NCBI RefSeq assembly: GCF_009914755.1
Contig: NC_060925.1
Source of the DNA: the human T2T-CHM13v2.0 reference genome, Homo sapiens
Length of the DNA stretch: 64,000 nucleotides
Strand: one strand, 5' to 3'
Below the pieces are notes generated by a model. It ran no database searches and was not told the DNA's origin. It saw only the letters and a list, made by a program, of their open reading frames with translations. Positions 12,723-23,830 of this stretch are shown piece by piece. The first letter of the stretch is position 1. Each line of letters opens with the position of its first letter. The translations under genes were made by a program, and so were the position numbers.

Positions 12723-14915
12723 TGTATTAGTTCGTTTTCATGCTGCTGATAAAGATATACCCAAGACTGGGTAATTTACAAAGAAAAAGAGGTTTAATGG
12801 GCTCACAGTTCCAAGTGGCTGGGGAGACCTCATAATCATAGCAGAAGGTGAAAGGCACATCTTACACCATGACAAAAGAGAATAAGCACCAAGCGAAAGG
12901 GAAATCCCTTATAAAATCATCAGATCTTGTGAGACTTATTCACTACCATGAGAACAGTATGAGGGAAACTGCCCCTGTGATTCAATTATCTCCCACTGGG
13001 TCACTCCCACTACATGTGGGAATTATGGGAGCTAAAATTCAAGATGAGATTTGGGCAGGGACACAGCCAAACCATATCATTCTGACCCTGGCCTCTCCCA
13101 AATCTTACGTCCTCACATTTCAAAACAAATCATGCCTTCCCAACAGTCTTCCAAAGTCTTAATTCATTTCAGCAATAACTCAAAAGTCCACGGTGCCATT
13201 CCAAATGAGAGAAGTTGGCCAAAACAAAGGGGCTACAGGCCCCATGCAAGTCTGAAATCCAATGGGACAGTCAATGGGGCAGTCAAATCTTAAAGCTCCA
13301 AAATGATATCCTTTGATTCCATGTCTCACATCCAGGTCATGCTGCTGCAAAAGGTGGGTTCCCATGTCATGGGCAGCTCCACCCTCATGGCTTTGCAGGG
13401 TATAGCCTCCCTCCTGGATGCTTTCAAGGGCAGGTGTTGAGTGTCTGTGGTTTTTCTAGGCACACGGTGCAAGCTGTTGATGGATCTACCATTCTGAAAT
13501 CTGAAGGACAGTGGCCCTCTTCTCATAGTTCCACTAGGCAGTGCCTCAGTGAGGACTCTATGTTCGGGACCCAACACCACATTTCCCTTCTGCACTGCCC
13601 TAGAAGAGATTCTTCATGAGGGACTCTCCCCTGCAGCAAACTTCTGCCTGGACATCCAGGCATTTCCATACATCTTCTGAAATCTACACAGAGGCTCCCT
13701 AACCTCAGTTCTTGACTTCTGTGTACCTATAGGCTCAACACAACATGGAAGCTGCCAAAGCTTGGTGCTTGCACCCTCTGAAGCCACAGCCCAAGCTGTA
13801 ACTTGGACCCTTTTAGCCATGGCTGCAGTGACTGGGATGCAGGGCACTAAGTCTCTAGGCTGCACACAGCAGAGGGGACCTGGGCCCAGGCACGAAACCA
13901 ATTTTTCCTCCTACATCTGTGGGCCTGTGATGGGAGGGGCTACCATAAAGGTCTCTGTCATGCCCTAGAGACATTTTCCCCATTGTCTTGGGGATTAACA
14001 TTTGGCTCCTTGTTACTTATGCAAATTTCTGCACCTAGCTTGAATTTCTCCTTAGAAAATATTTTTTTTTCCTATTGCATAATCAGGCTGGAAATTTTTT
14101 GAACTGTTATGCTGTGTTTCTCTTTTAAAACTGAATGCCTTTAACAGCACTCAAGTCACCTCTCGAATGCTTTCCTGCTTAGAAACTTCTGCCAGATACC
14201 CTAAATCATCTCCCTCAAGTTCAAAGTTCCACAAGTCTCTAGGGCAGGGGCAAAATGCCACCAGTCTCTTTGCTAAAACTTAGCAAGAGTCACCTTTACT
14301 CCAGTTCCCAACACGTTCCTCATCTCTATCTGAGACCACCTCAGCCTGGATTTCATTGTCCTTATAATTATCAGCATTTTGGTCAAAGCCATTCAACAAG
14401 TCTCTAGGAGGTTCCAAACTTTCCCACATTGTCCTATCTTCTTCTGAGTGCTCCAAATTGTTCCAACCTCTGCCTATTACCAAGTTCCAAAGTTGCTTCC
14501 ACATTTTTGGGTATCTTTACAAGAGCTCTCCACTCTATCAGTACCAATTTACTGTATTAGCCCATTTTCATGCTGCTGATAAAGATATACCTGAGACTGG
14601 GTAAGTTACAAAGAAAAAGAGGTTTAATGGACTCACAGTTCCACGTGGCTGGGGAGGCCTCACAATCCTGGCAGAAGGTGAGAGGCATGTCTTACGTGAT
14701 GGCAGACAAGAGAGAATGCGAGCCAAGTAAAAAGGGGAAACCCCTTATAAAACCATTGGATCTCATGAGACTCATTCACTACCATGAGAACAATATAGGG
14801 GAAACTGCCCCCATGATTCAATTATCCCCCACTCTGTCCCTCCCACTACACGTGGGAATTATGGGAGCTACAATTCAAGATGATATTTGGATGGGGACAC
14901 AGCCAAACCATACCA
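12723..14915 (-). mobile_element. Complete THE1B-type MaLR element (3' LTR 12723-13079, internal region, 5' LTR 14553-14915)
   Basis: Two THE1 LTRs, internal MaLR ORF remnants (MWKQLWN...), 5-bp TSD gaaac (12718-12722 / 14916-14920). Internal deletion near 13190 relative to the THE1 at 31-33 kb. Confidence 0.95.
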
Positions 14916-14979
14916 GAAACTATCAGAGATGGAAATCATCAAAGGTGTAGAACTGAAATTGATTTTTTTTCCTAATGGG

Positions 14980-15578
14980 TGGTAGGCAAAATTCTAACAT
15001 GACCTCCACAATTGCCACCCCTTGTGTACATGGCCTGTACATCTCCCCTTGAATGTGACAAAATTTATGAATATGATGGGATGTCACTCCTGTGATTAGA
15101 TGACACCATATGGCAAAAGTCAAGAAATTTTGTAGGTGTAGTTGAGGTTCAAACTAATTGATCTTGAGTTAATCAAAGGGAGTCTGCTCTTGATGTCATC
15201 TGGTGAACTCTTAAAAGAGACACAAAGTAGCAGATGTTCTCTTGCTGTCTGGGAAGGAAGTTCACTGTCATGATGTGGAAAGGGCTACTTAGCAGGGAAC
15301 AACAGCCAGCTCCTAGGAGCTGAGGGCCTCAGTCAGTCATACATGCACCAGGAATGGAATTCTACCTGCTAGTGAGCATGGAAGAGGACCCTGAGCCTTA
15401 GGTGAGACTGCAGCCTCTGCTGTCACCTGGATTTCCTCCTAGTGAGACTACAGGCAGAGGCCCCACCTACCTGATGTTTAGACTCCCAACCCACAGAAAT
15501 GGTGAGATGATAAATTTGTGTTGTGTTAAGCCACTAAGTTTGTGATAATTTGTTACGCAGCAACCGAAAGCTAATATA
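14980..15578 (+). mobile_element. MLT1E-like MaLR LTR
   Basis: tggtaggcaaaattctaacatgacc...tgttaagccactaagtttgtgataatttgttacgcagcaa...ctaatata. Confidence 0.7.
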
Positions 15579-18500
15579 AAATATAACGCACCCCTCAATG
15601 GATGAGTTACGAGCTAAGATTAAAATATCTGCACCTGCATAATCAACCTATCTGTATCTATTGCAGGGACCAAAGGAAAACCTCCCCTTAGCCCTTTGAT
15701 GTTTCACTCAAAGCCAACTGACAAAAGGCAGATTAATAAGAGAAAATGCATACAAAATGTATTTTAACATGTGTGGCATAGGGGAATAGCATGAAAATGA
15801 TTACTTACTAACCCAGTGGGGTACAAGTGTTTATATGCCCTTCTTTATAGGCAAAGGGGAGATGGGGAAGTGTCTCAATTTGAGGGACAATAAATGATGT
15901 TTAGGGGGAAATGAATTAACTTGGAGAACTTATGATGGCCTGGGACAGTCTGTTGGGCCCGCAGAGCAGACAATGGCTGATAAATGATTCTCTTTGAAAT
16001 TCTGAATGAAACCAAAATAGAACACAATGGTTTGCTACAAAAATTTGTCTAGGTATGTCGACAGACATCAGTCTTTCTTCCTGCAATATGAGTCAAGTTC
16101 ATGAAAAGTCAGGGAAAATTATGTTCTTAGGCAGATCTGGCCTTTAGGCAGATAAAGGAACTTCAGAGAACAGCTTCCTCCTGTGCTTTCGGGAAAAAAA
16201 GAGGATCAAGAGACAAGGAGGAAGAGAAGATTAGAGAGACCTTAAACTGCTTCTTTAGTCTAGCATGTCAAAACACCATATTTTGGGGTACTCATTTCTG
16301 AACCCCAGTATTCCCCTGTCTGAAACTCCCCTAGAAACCTCACACACTGAAAGCTGAGTTGGGGACTGTGGAGAGAAAAATCAAGTTAGTACAAGAGTGG
16401 CAAGGCTCTCATTAAAACAGTCTGTTGTTTCTCAGAATAGGCCAGTCCAACTAAAAAATCAGGTTGCATTTCAGGAGATGATGTAGTAGATGGGTTCTCA
16501 AAGCTAGGCCTTTATATATGATGCCGGCAAACAGATTTTTAGCAAAAGGCATTTCTATGGAAACAGAAGAAAAACAACGATTAATGTCTACAGTAGTCTA
16601 TAAACTAGTTTCTTCTAGAGTCTGAAGGGCATTGAGCTGAGAAGCCCAGTGGCTATCTGATGGATTTTCCTGGATTGCAGTATGTGTGTAAAGTTTGTCC
16701 AAATATAAACTGCTGCAGTGATTTTTCTTCAAAGCCGAGTTGATGGGCTATAGCTCCTAGGGCCTTAGGAAAAAGGCATTTTTAATTTTTAGTGATTTCA
16801 AGTCAGAAAGGTGAGAGAAAAATTAAAAATATTTGTCTGGAGAGTCACAGCCAGATATTGGAGGGAACTAAAAATCAGCCCAGATAATTAAAAAAAGAGA
16901 AACCTCAAAAACAATGGGCAGGGCTAGAATCTAATAACCAGTATACTATTGTTGTTTTTATTTCTGAAACAGTTTTTCTCTCTCTTTGGTGATCCATTGT
17001 TACCAAAGATATTTATGATAAAACTAATTTGTTCATAGAATAAATTTTGTTGCATTAACTTGGCCTCATTACTTGCATAAAGTGCAGCAAGAATGTATTT
17101 ATCATACAGGCTCCTTTTAAGTTGGCTTTACTGGAACGTTTCATAAGAAATCTTCGACTGGACTTTAAAAGTCTCCAGAAGCAAGGAAGCCAGGCAAAAA
17201 ATTTGACTTGCCCTGTGATTTTGTCTGCAATACTCATACATACTGGGTGAACTCCTCTCTTTTCAAGTTCTCCAAATATCTTGAGGTTTCTGGGTCTGTC
17301 AAAAAGTGGCATTCTTTACTCCACAAGGCATCCATGTGAACCATTATTTGAAGTATCAGGCTAGTTTTTCCAAGGATCTCTACCAGTTTTATAGTCTCAG
17401 CTTCAGTTCCTTAAAGCTGTCTGGTTATATCTGAAAACATGACATTCTATTCAGAGGCTTGCTAAAATAATCAGTGTCTCCAATTTTGTCCTGTTACAAA
17501 AGAAAACAGATATTTATCAAATTTATGCAAATAACTATATTACCATAAAATTAGAATACTAATGAATAGCTTTCAGATTTTGGAGGGAACAGGTAGAGAG
17601 AAAGGTAAATGCTTCAATTTTGCTTACAAAAGTATACTTTACCAAATTGTCATAAAGCTCTAAATTGCCTTAAAACATTTTCTTGACTCCAGAAAACAAA
17701 ACATAAAAAGAATCTTTTTCAATATTTCAAACAAAAAAAGTCATAGAAATTACTTTAGTCCTCCATCAGTTCAACACCATGTAATTAATTCTTATTCTGC
17801 TTGATATAATGTTAGTAATTTCATGAGCCTATTTCTTTTTTAATTGAAGTTTACAAAATTCTTACCCAGTTCAAATTTCTGATGTCAAAGTTGTCAGAAA
17901 CCTGTATTTTGGAGTACTTGTTGTAGTCTTTTTTTGTGAACCTCCTTGAAGCCACGACATTTCATAATTTGCAAAGAACTTTGAGGAAGAAAAGAATTAG
18001 CAGAAAGCAATTACCTGTGAACAAGAATTAAAATGGCCATGGTGAAAGGCACAACTGGCAAAGAAATTTGCTCATTTTTGTGTGGCCTAAAACAATTAAA
18101 CATAATTATGACTGCCAACATATACTGAGACTTAACAGATTTTTAAAAATCTCATACAATTTAGACACTCATATTAATAACGTATTCATAAAAATATATT
18201 AATAATATAACTCAGAAAAAGATTACACATTATTTCTTATGATGTTTCCTGTATAATTTAACATATGAGATAAGTTTGTTTACTATCACTCTTTTGGATG
18301 CTTCAAGGGCTCTTTGGAACATCCCTGAGTTAGTTTGAGATTTAAAAGATTAATTTTAGATTTAAAATTTTGATTTAGGGAAGCCTGTCAAATATGTCAA
18401 AGGTTTAAAACACTTGATTAAAATAGGATCACAGGTTACTGCAAAATAATAGTCATTCATTTAGCCAAATGATAATTTGAATATTCAAAAAGCAAAAACC

Positions 18501-20320
18501 TTTACTCTTTGATAGAGATGAGATTCCATTTTCCAAATAATCAAATGACCCAATAATGATTGCATGGAGCACATAGAATCTGTTTCTCTCTCTCTCTTTT
18601 TTTCTTTTTTTTTAAATTTGTAATTTACTAAAAAGGTGAACCAAGTTTTTTACTATCTCTTAGTAATATTACAAAAAGTCTTGAAACAAGATTCTACCTT
18701 TGTATTAATATACTTTTAAAATCAGAACTGTTTTTAATAAAATCTTATAAACAAATCCTTTCAATCTCAGTCAGCTTTGACCACACAAGATTTTCATAAA
18801 CCTTTTATAACTTTTTATCAATTTTTTCTCATTATTTCCCCAACTTTCTGTATCCATTTTGTCTTATCTATATCATCTTTTCCTCCATTCATTTATTCTA
18901 AAAAAAACCTGTCAGTAACCTCTTAATTTTGTAGATCAAAATTATTTCATAATCTTTAGAAAGTTATGTTTCCTCAATTGTTTTATGTTCATTAACAGAT
19001 CTAGATGTATTTAGCTTTTCTATATCACAGAACAATAGGATGTCAAAGTGTGTAAACTTAAACCTATGCTTAATAATTGATATTTTGATTACTTACTTAG
19101 AAATCACTGAGATATTTTATGATGATCTGTTACCTAATTTGACATAACATGTCTTTAAGATTTCAAATTATTGAAACATTTTTGAAATGATGACAAGCTC
19201 ATTTATAAATATTTGTCTCCCTTACATTTACCTACTTTACTTGTCTTTAACAATTACATTTGAATTGTTCATTGAAAACAATGTTAGCCATTTTTTTCTT
19301 TTAAAAAAGCAAAACTGGACAACAGCTGCATTGGCCAGCCTCATCTTAACCAAGGCCACTGAGATACTGAACACAAGTACGCTCCTTTATGTGTCCCCCA
19401 ACTGTCCTGGGTCCCAAGTACCCACATGGTACCCAGAATGGTCACGAAAGAAAGGGCCCATCTGAGTCCTGGATTTACACAGAAGACTCAGAGCCCAGGA
19501 GAGAGGACAGAGCTGTGAGAAGGATGTCTGGAGGATCTGACCCCTCCAGCATGGTCAGGAGGCAACGCCGGTCCAGGGAGGATGGGGCCATATTGAGCTT
19601 GGCCCTGCCCTGTAGCTGGTGGCCCAGGCACTGTGGAACACATATTAATAACATATCCATGCCTATGTCCCTAGGCCTCACCATGACCATCTGTCTACAG
19701 CCTAGATTTCAGAGGCTCAGAACCAAAGACAAGCTCAAGCAAGTATCAACAATATCATAGAAACAACACTTTTATGACTTTAAAACACCTAGCAGAGACA
19801 GTGTAAATTTGTCTCACCAGCAGACCTAGAAAAAAATGTATGAGTTAAATGTTGAAGACATTTTATTTTATCAACAATTTTAAAGCTAGCTTTATTTACC
19901 AAACATTACTAAGGTCTTGTGAACTTGAAAAGCATTTGGGTTAATTTGCTTAATTTATGAGAACTCATTTATTTATAAGTCAACTTGGTACCATGTAGAA
20001 TATATACAAATGCATGTACAGGCATATACATACATGTAGACATGACATACAGCACACATGTATGTATCCCAAAGTGAAAAATAACAGGGGGTTTAATGTA
20101 AAGGACACCAGAACTTTGCATCCAAGAGGAACCAGCCCAAGACTCTTGAGGCTTGGTGAGGAAGATGGAAACCCCACTCCCAATGAAAGGAGTCAGTGGT
20201 GCCTTTTTTCTGTACCTCATGAAGCCTCAGGGTTGCCAGAAGCCCTTTCTAGACCCTTTCAAGTGGTATTGCAGGTAGCAAAAGGAAGGGGAGGTGGAAG
20301 TACATGGAAGAACATTTTTA

Positions 20321-20535
20321 TTATCATCATTATTATTATACTTTAAGTTCTGGGTTACATGTGCAGAACATGCAGTTTTGTTACACAGGTATACATGTGC
20401 CATGGTGGTTTGCTGCACCCATCAACCTGTCACCTACATTAGGCATTTCTCCTAATGTTATCCCTCCCCTAGCCCCCCACACCTGACAGGCCCTGGCGTA
20501 TGATGTTCCCCTCCCTGTGTCCTTGTATACTCATT
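20321..20535 (-). mobile_element. Short 5'-truncated L1PA (PA7/8-like) 3' end inserted in the ERV
   Basis: L1 3' UTR (atactttaagttctggg.tacatgtgcagaac). TSD aagaacat.ttt at ~20308 and ~20536. Confidence 0.85.
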
Positions 20536-21189
20536 AAGAACATGTTTTAGAGGAGCCAATTTGGGAAGATTTTAAGCTTCCCCGAAAGGCCAATGAAGTT
20601 TTAGTTAGCAGGAGTTTGAAAAAAAGTAGGCCTAGTCAGCTAAGAAGTTCCCATGGGAGAAATAGAATGGAAAAAAGAACAGAGAGACAAAAAATAGTCT
20701 GAATATCAGCCTTTAACTAAGCTGACTTTTGATCATAGAGGTCTTTAAAAAAAAATCCTTTTACATTTCTTATTATTAGATTTTAGCCAGGAAAAATAGC
20801 AAATATTCCTGGCTTAAAAGACAAATCAAAACAACAACAACAAAACTTAAAGAAAAATGTGTCTACCAGTGACTCAGAACTAAACCAAAGATACACCTTT
20901 TATGACTTAACTAAGTACACACAACACATGGCCAAGGAGGTGCAAAGAAACAGTCCTCACAAGATCCAAAGCCGGCCTCAAAGACAGCTGGAAGAAAAAA
21001 AAAATAGACTAAGCAACCAGGAAAACAATAGCTGTTCATGGAGAGAAAAGCATCAATAACAAATAGGTACTCCAAAAAGTCAAGAGTCACACAAATATAA
21101 ATTCCAAACAAATAATTCAAACTAGTTCTTATAAATGTTCCATTTTTCTCATTAAAGGAGTTAAAGGATTTATATGTCCAAGGGACAGA

Positions 21190-21256
21190 TTCCCTGGTCA
21201 GAAATCCCTGCAGGGGCCAGGATGATGAAACGCAAAATCCTAGCCATTAGACCACA
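21190..21256 (-). pseudogene. Decayed tRNA-Glu(TTC)-derived sequence
   Basis: Minus strand tgtggtctaatggctaggattttgcgtttcatcatcctggcccctgcagggatttctgaccagggaa aligns with tRNA-Glu GTGGTCTAGTGGCTAGGATTCGGCGCTTTCACCGCCGCGGCCCGGGTTCGATTCCCGGCCAGGGAA. A box retained, B box lost. Confidence 0.7.
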
Positions 21257-22365
21257 GCTTGGAGTGGCCTTTTGCAAATTCTGCAGGGAATCCAAAGCAG
21301 GCAGTCTGCATGTACAAATGATTTTACATCTGATTTCCGCCTTTTAAAAAATCTTGCCAATGGAGTTTGTAAGGCTATGTTTCTTTTGTGTCTTTTCATA
21401 GGTACCAGTAAGGTAGCCATTTAAATCAACAGTTGTACAAAAAATTTTCTTTTACTTATAGACAATTTATTTATTCCACACATGACTCAAGCCAATAAGC
21501 CTTTCTCATGGAAAGTCCCAGAGGTAGCTTTCCAGGTTTAGAATACCATGGATGTAAGTGGCATTTTTTAATTGGGTTCAGAAGATGCAAAGCCCTCTGA
21601 TCTCCCCCAAAACTTCATTCTCAGGAGTAGAGAAAGCAAAAGAACTTTTGTTGCCATGGATGGGTAATGATGGTGTTTGTGTGTGTGGTGCCTCCAGCAT
21701 TCCACAGATTTGTGGGGGTTGCTAGACACAGGTTCATCAGTCCATGACACCAGGCAAGCCCTCTTGGGATTGGACTTTCCCAAGACTAACCAGATAACAA
21801 GAGTTGTGGCAACAAAAGTTACTTACAGCTGGGACTCCTTAATAAGACAAATTCCCCTGAGAACTCGGCACACTCAGAACCGAGTGCTGCTTAATATCGT
21901 ATGTGTCTCGGGGATCCCCGTCCTTTTAATCTGGCCACCAGATGTTGCCTGAAAATCATGAATCATGCCCTCTGGATGGTGAAGACCAAGAAACAGTGCT
22001 TCCTCTTGGTCACAGATCAAGGTCTCGTGGACATAAAACAAGACACGAGGGACAAGCAGCACAGAAAGACAGAAGCAAAAGAAACCCGGACCATTTCTGG
22101 GGGAAAAAGGAATCATATGATATGAGTATTTATTTATACCAAAAAATACATCAGGGTCGGTAAACCAAAGTCCTACTCATACAAATGCTTTTCTCCTATT
22201 AATCTTAAGTTTGGATAGGAAAAAGAGAGTGATTTTTACCATCTGCTTGACTGGATTCTAAAGGGAGAGAGCAGGACTCTGGTAAGAATTTCTCACTCTT
22301 TGCTGGCTTGTCAGGTCCCGGGGTTCCTTGACTGTGGCTTTCAGAAGAGCACAGTGGTTTTGGTT

Positions 22366-22383
22366 ATCCTGCTCACAGAACCA
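22366..22383 (-). other. Primer binding site complementary to tRNA-Ser(CGA)
   Basis: Minus strand tggttctgtgagcaggat vs expected TGGCGCTGTGAGCAGGAT (16/18), 4 nt from the 5' LTR end. Confidence 0.7.
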
Positions 22384-23239
22384 TAACCGTAGGGGCCAAA
22401 GGAAAACTTTCCCCTTGTCCTCAGAAGGTCTGCTGAAAAGAGACCGAAAAAAAAAGGCAGCTTAATAGGATAAAAGGCATACAAAATTTATTTTAATGTC
22501 CTTAGCATGGGGGATTAGCATGAAAATGATCAGTCTGCCAATCACCCAGTGGGATGCAGGTGTTCATGTATTCTTCTTCACAGGGAGAGGGGAGATGGGA
22601 GAAACGTGGCAATTTGAGGGTAGTAAATGATTTCGAGAGGAAATGACTGCACTTGGAGTACATACAATGACCTGGGACAAAGTCTGTTGGGCCCACAGAG
22701 CAGACAGTGGCTGGTAAATGATTCTCTTTGGAATTCTGAATGGGACCAAAATAGGGAACAATGATTTGGGACAAACCTCTGTCCAGGTGCACTGACAGAC
22801 TTCATTCTTTCTTCTTGTGATATGAGTTAAGTTAATGAAAACTCAAGGAAGGAACAAGAGGGGATTGTGTTCTTCTTTGGCAGGTCTAGACTTCAGGCAG
22901 ATAAGGGAACCTTAGGGAACAGCTTCCTCCTGTGCTTTGGGAAACAAAGAGGATTGAGATACAGGAAGCTGAGGAGAAGGTTAGAGAGACATTGAGACTG
23001 CTTCTTTAGTCCGGCATGTCAAAGCACCATATTTTCGTGTATCAGTTTCTGAGCCCCAACTCTATATCTATTCATATATCTTTCTCTCGTGCATGCGCTC
23101 TTTCTCTCTCCCCACCTGTGCATCCATCTGTCCATTCATCCATCCATCCATCCATCCACTGTCCATTTATCTATCTATCTCCCAGACGCACCCAGAATAA
23201 TCTCCCTTTTGATTAACTAAAGCCGAGTGACTAGAGACC

Positions 23240-23332
23240 TTCTGTAACCATAGTAAATGAGCAGGTTGCTCTCTGTCTTGACTTTACTTTTCAAATTAAC
23301 TTTTAAAATCTATCCTCACCGAGGAAAGGAAT
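23240..23332 (+). repeat. 93-bp dispersed direct repeat, copy 1
   Basis: Matches 26563-26655 with 2 mismatches. Confidence 0.95.
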
Positions 23333-23419
23333 TGCCAAGCTACAATTGCACTGCACTTTCCTTCACCTTTGCCATCTAATGTGACCTAATTATAATCTCC
23401 CATCTCATTCATATTCATA

Positions 23420-23830
23420 TTCACAAATCTTGAGTGCTTTCCCTACACCAGATTCTTCCAAACATATTAGTTCCCCAGTGTTCATAATGGCGTCATGAGC
23501 TGGACATTCTTGCCCTTGATCTACACTCAAGTTTAAGTGACTTGCCCAGTGGTAGCAGAATCAGATTCCACATTTGTGGCCTGGTGGCCTTGTATGCCAA
23601 CCCTTCCCAACAGGGGAGAAGCCCATAGCACTGATGTGAGAAAACAAATGCAGGTTTGGATCCTGGCTTTGTGGTGGGATTTGGGCTGAGTGATAGCATC
23701 TTCTTGTGCCTCAGTCTCCTCCACAATAAGAAGGAAAGGTCTGTTGTAAGGATTAAATGTGATATGATGTAGAAAGTGCTCAGAATCTTGCCCGGCGTAA
23801 TATCACAGGCTATGGTTACTATTTATTTTG
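23420..23830. mobile_element. MIR fragments in opposite orientations
   Basis: gtttaagtgacttgcccag...gcagaatcagattc and tgtgcctcagtctcctcc...gttgtaaggattaaatgtgat. Confidence 0.65.

Larger units (their letters stand above)
15662..23061 (-). mobile_element. Complete non-autonomous ERV1 element, MER4/MER34-group-like (3' LTR 15662-16310, 5' LTR 22388-23061)
   Basis: Two homologous ~650-bp direct repeats, 4-bp TSD ctat (15658-15661 / 23062-23065), PPT gacaggggaa (rc 16311-16320), PBS next to the 5' LTR, AT-rich ORF-less interior. Confidence 0.85.
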
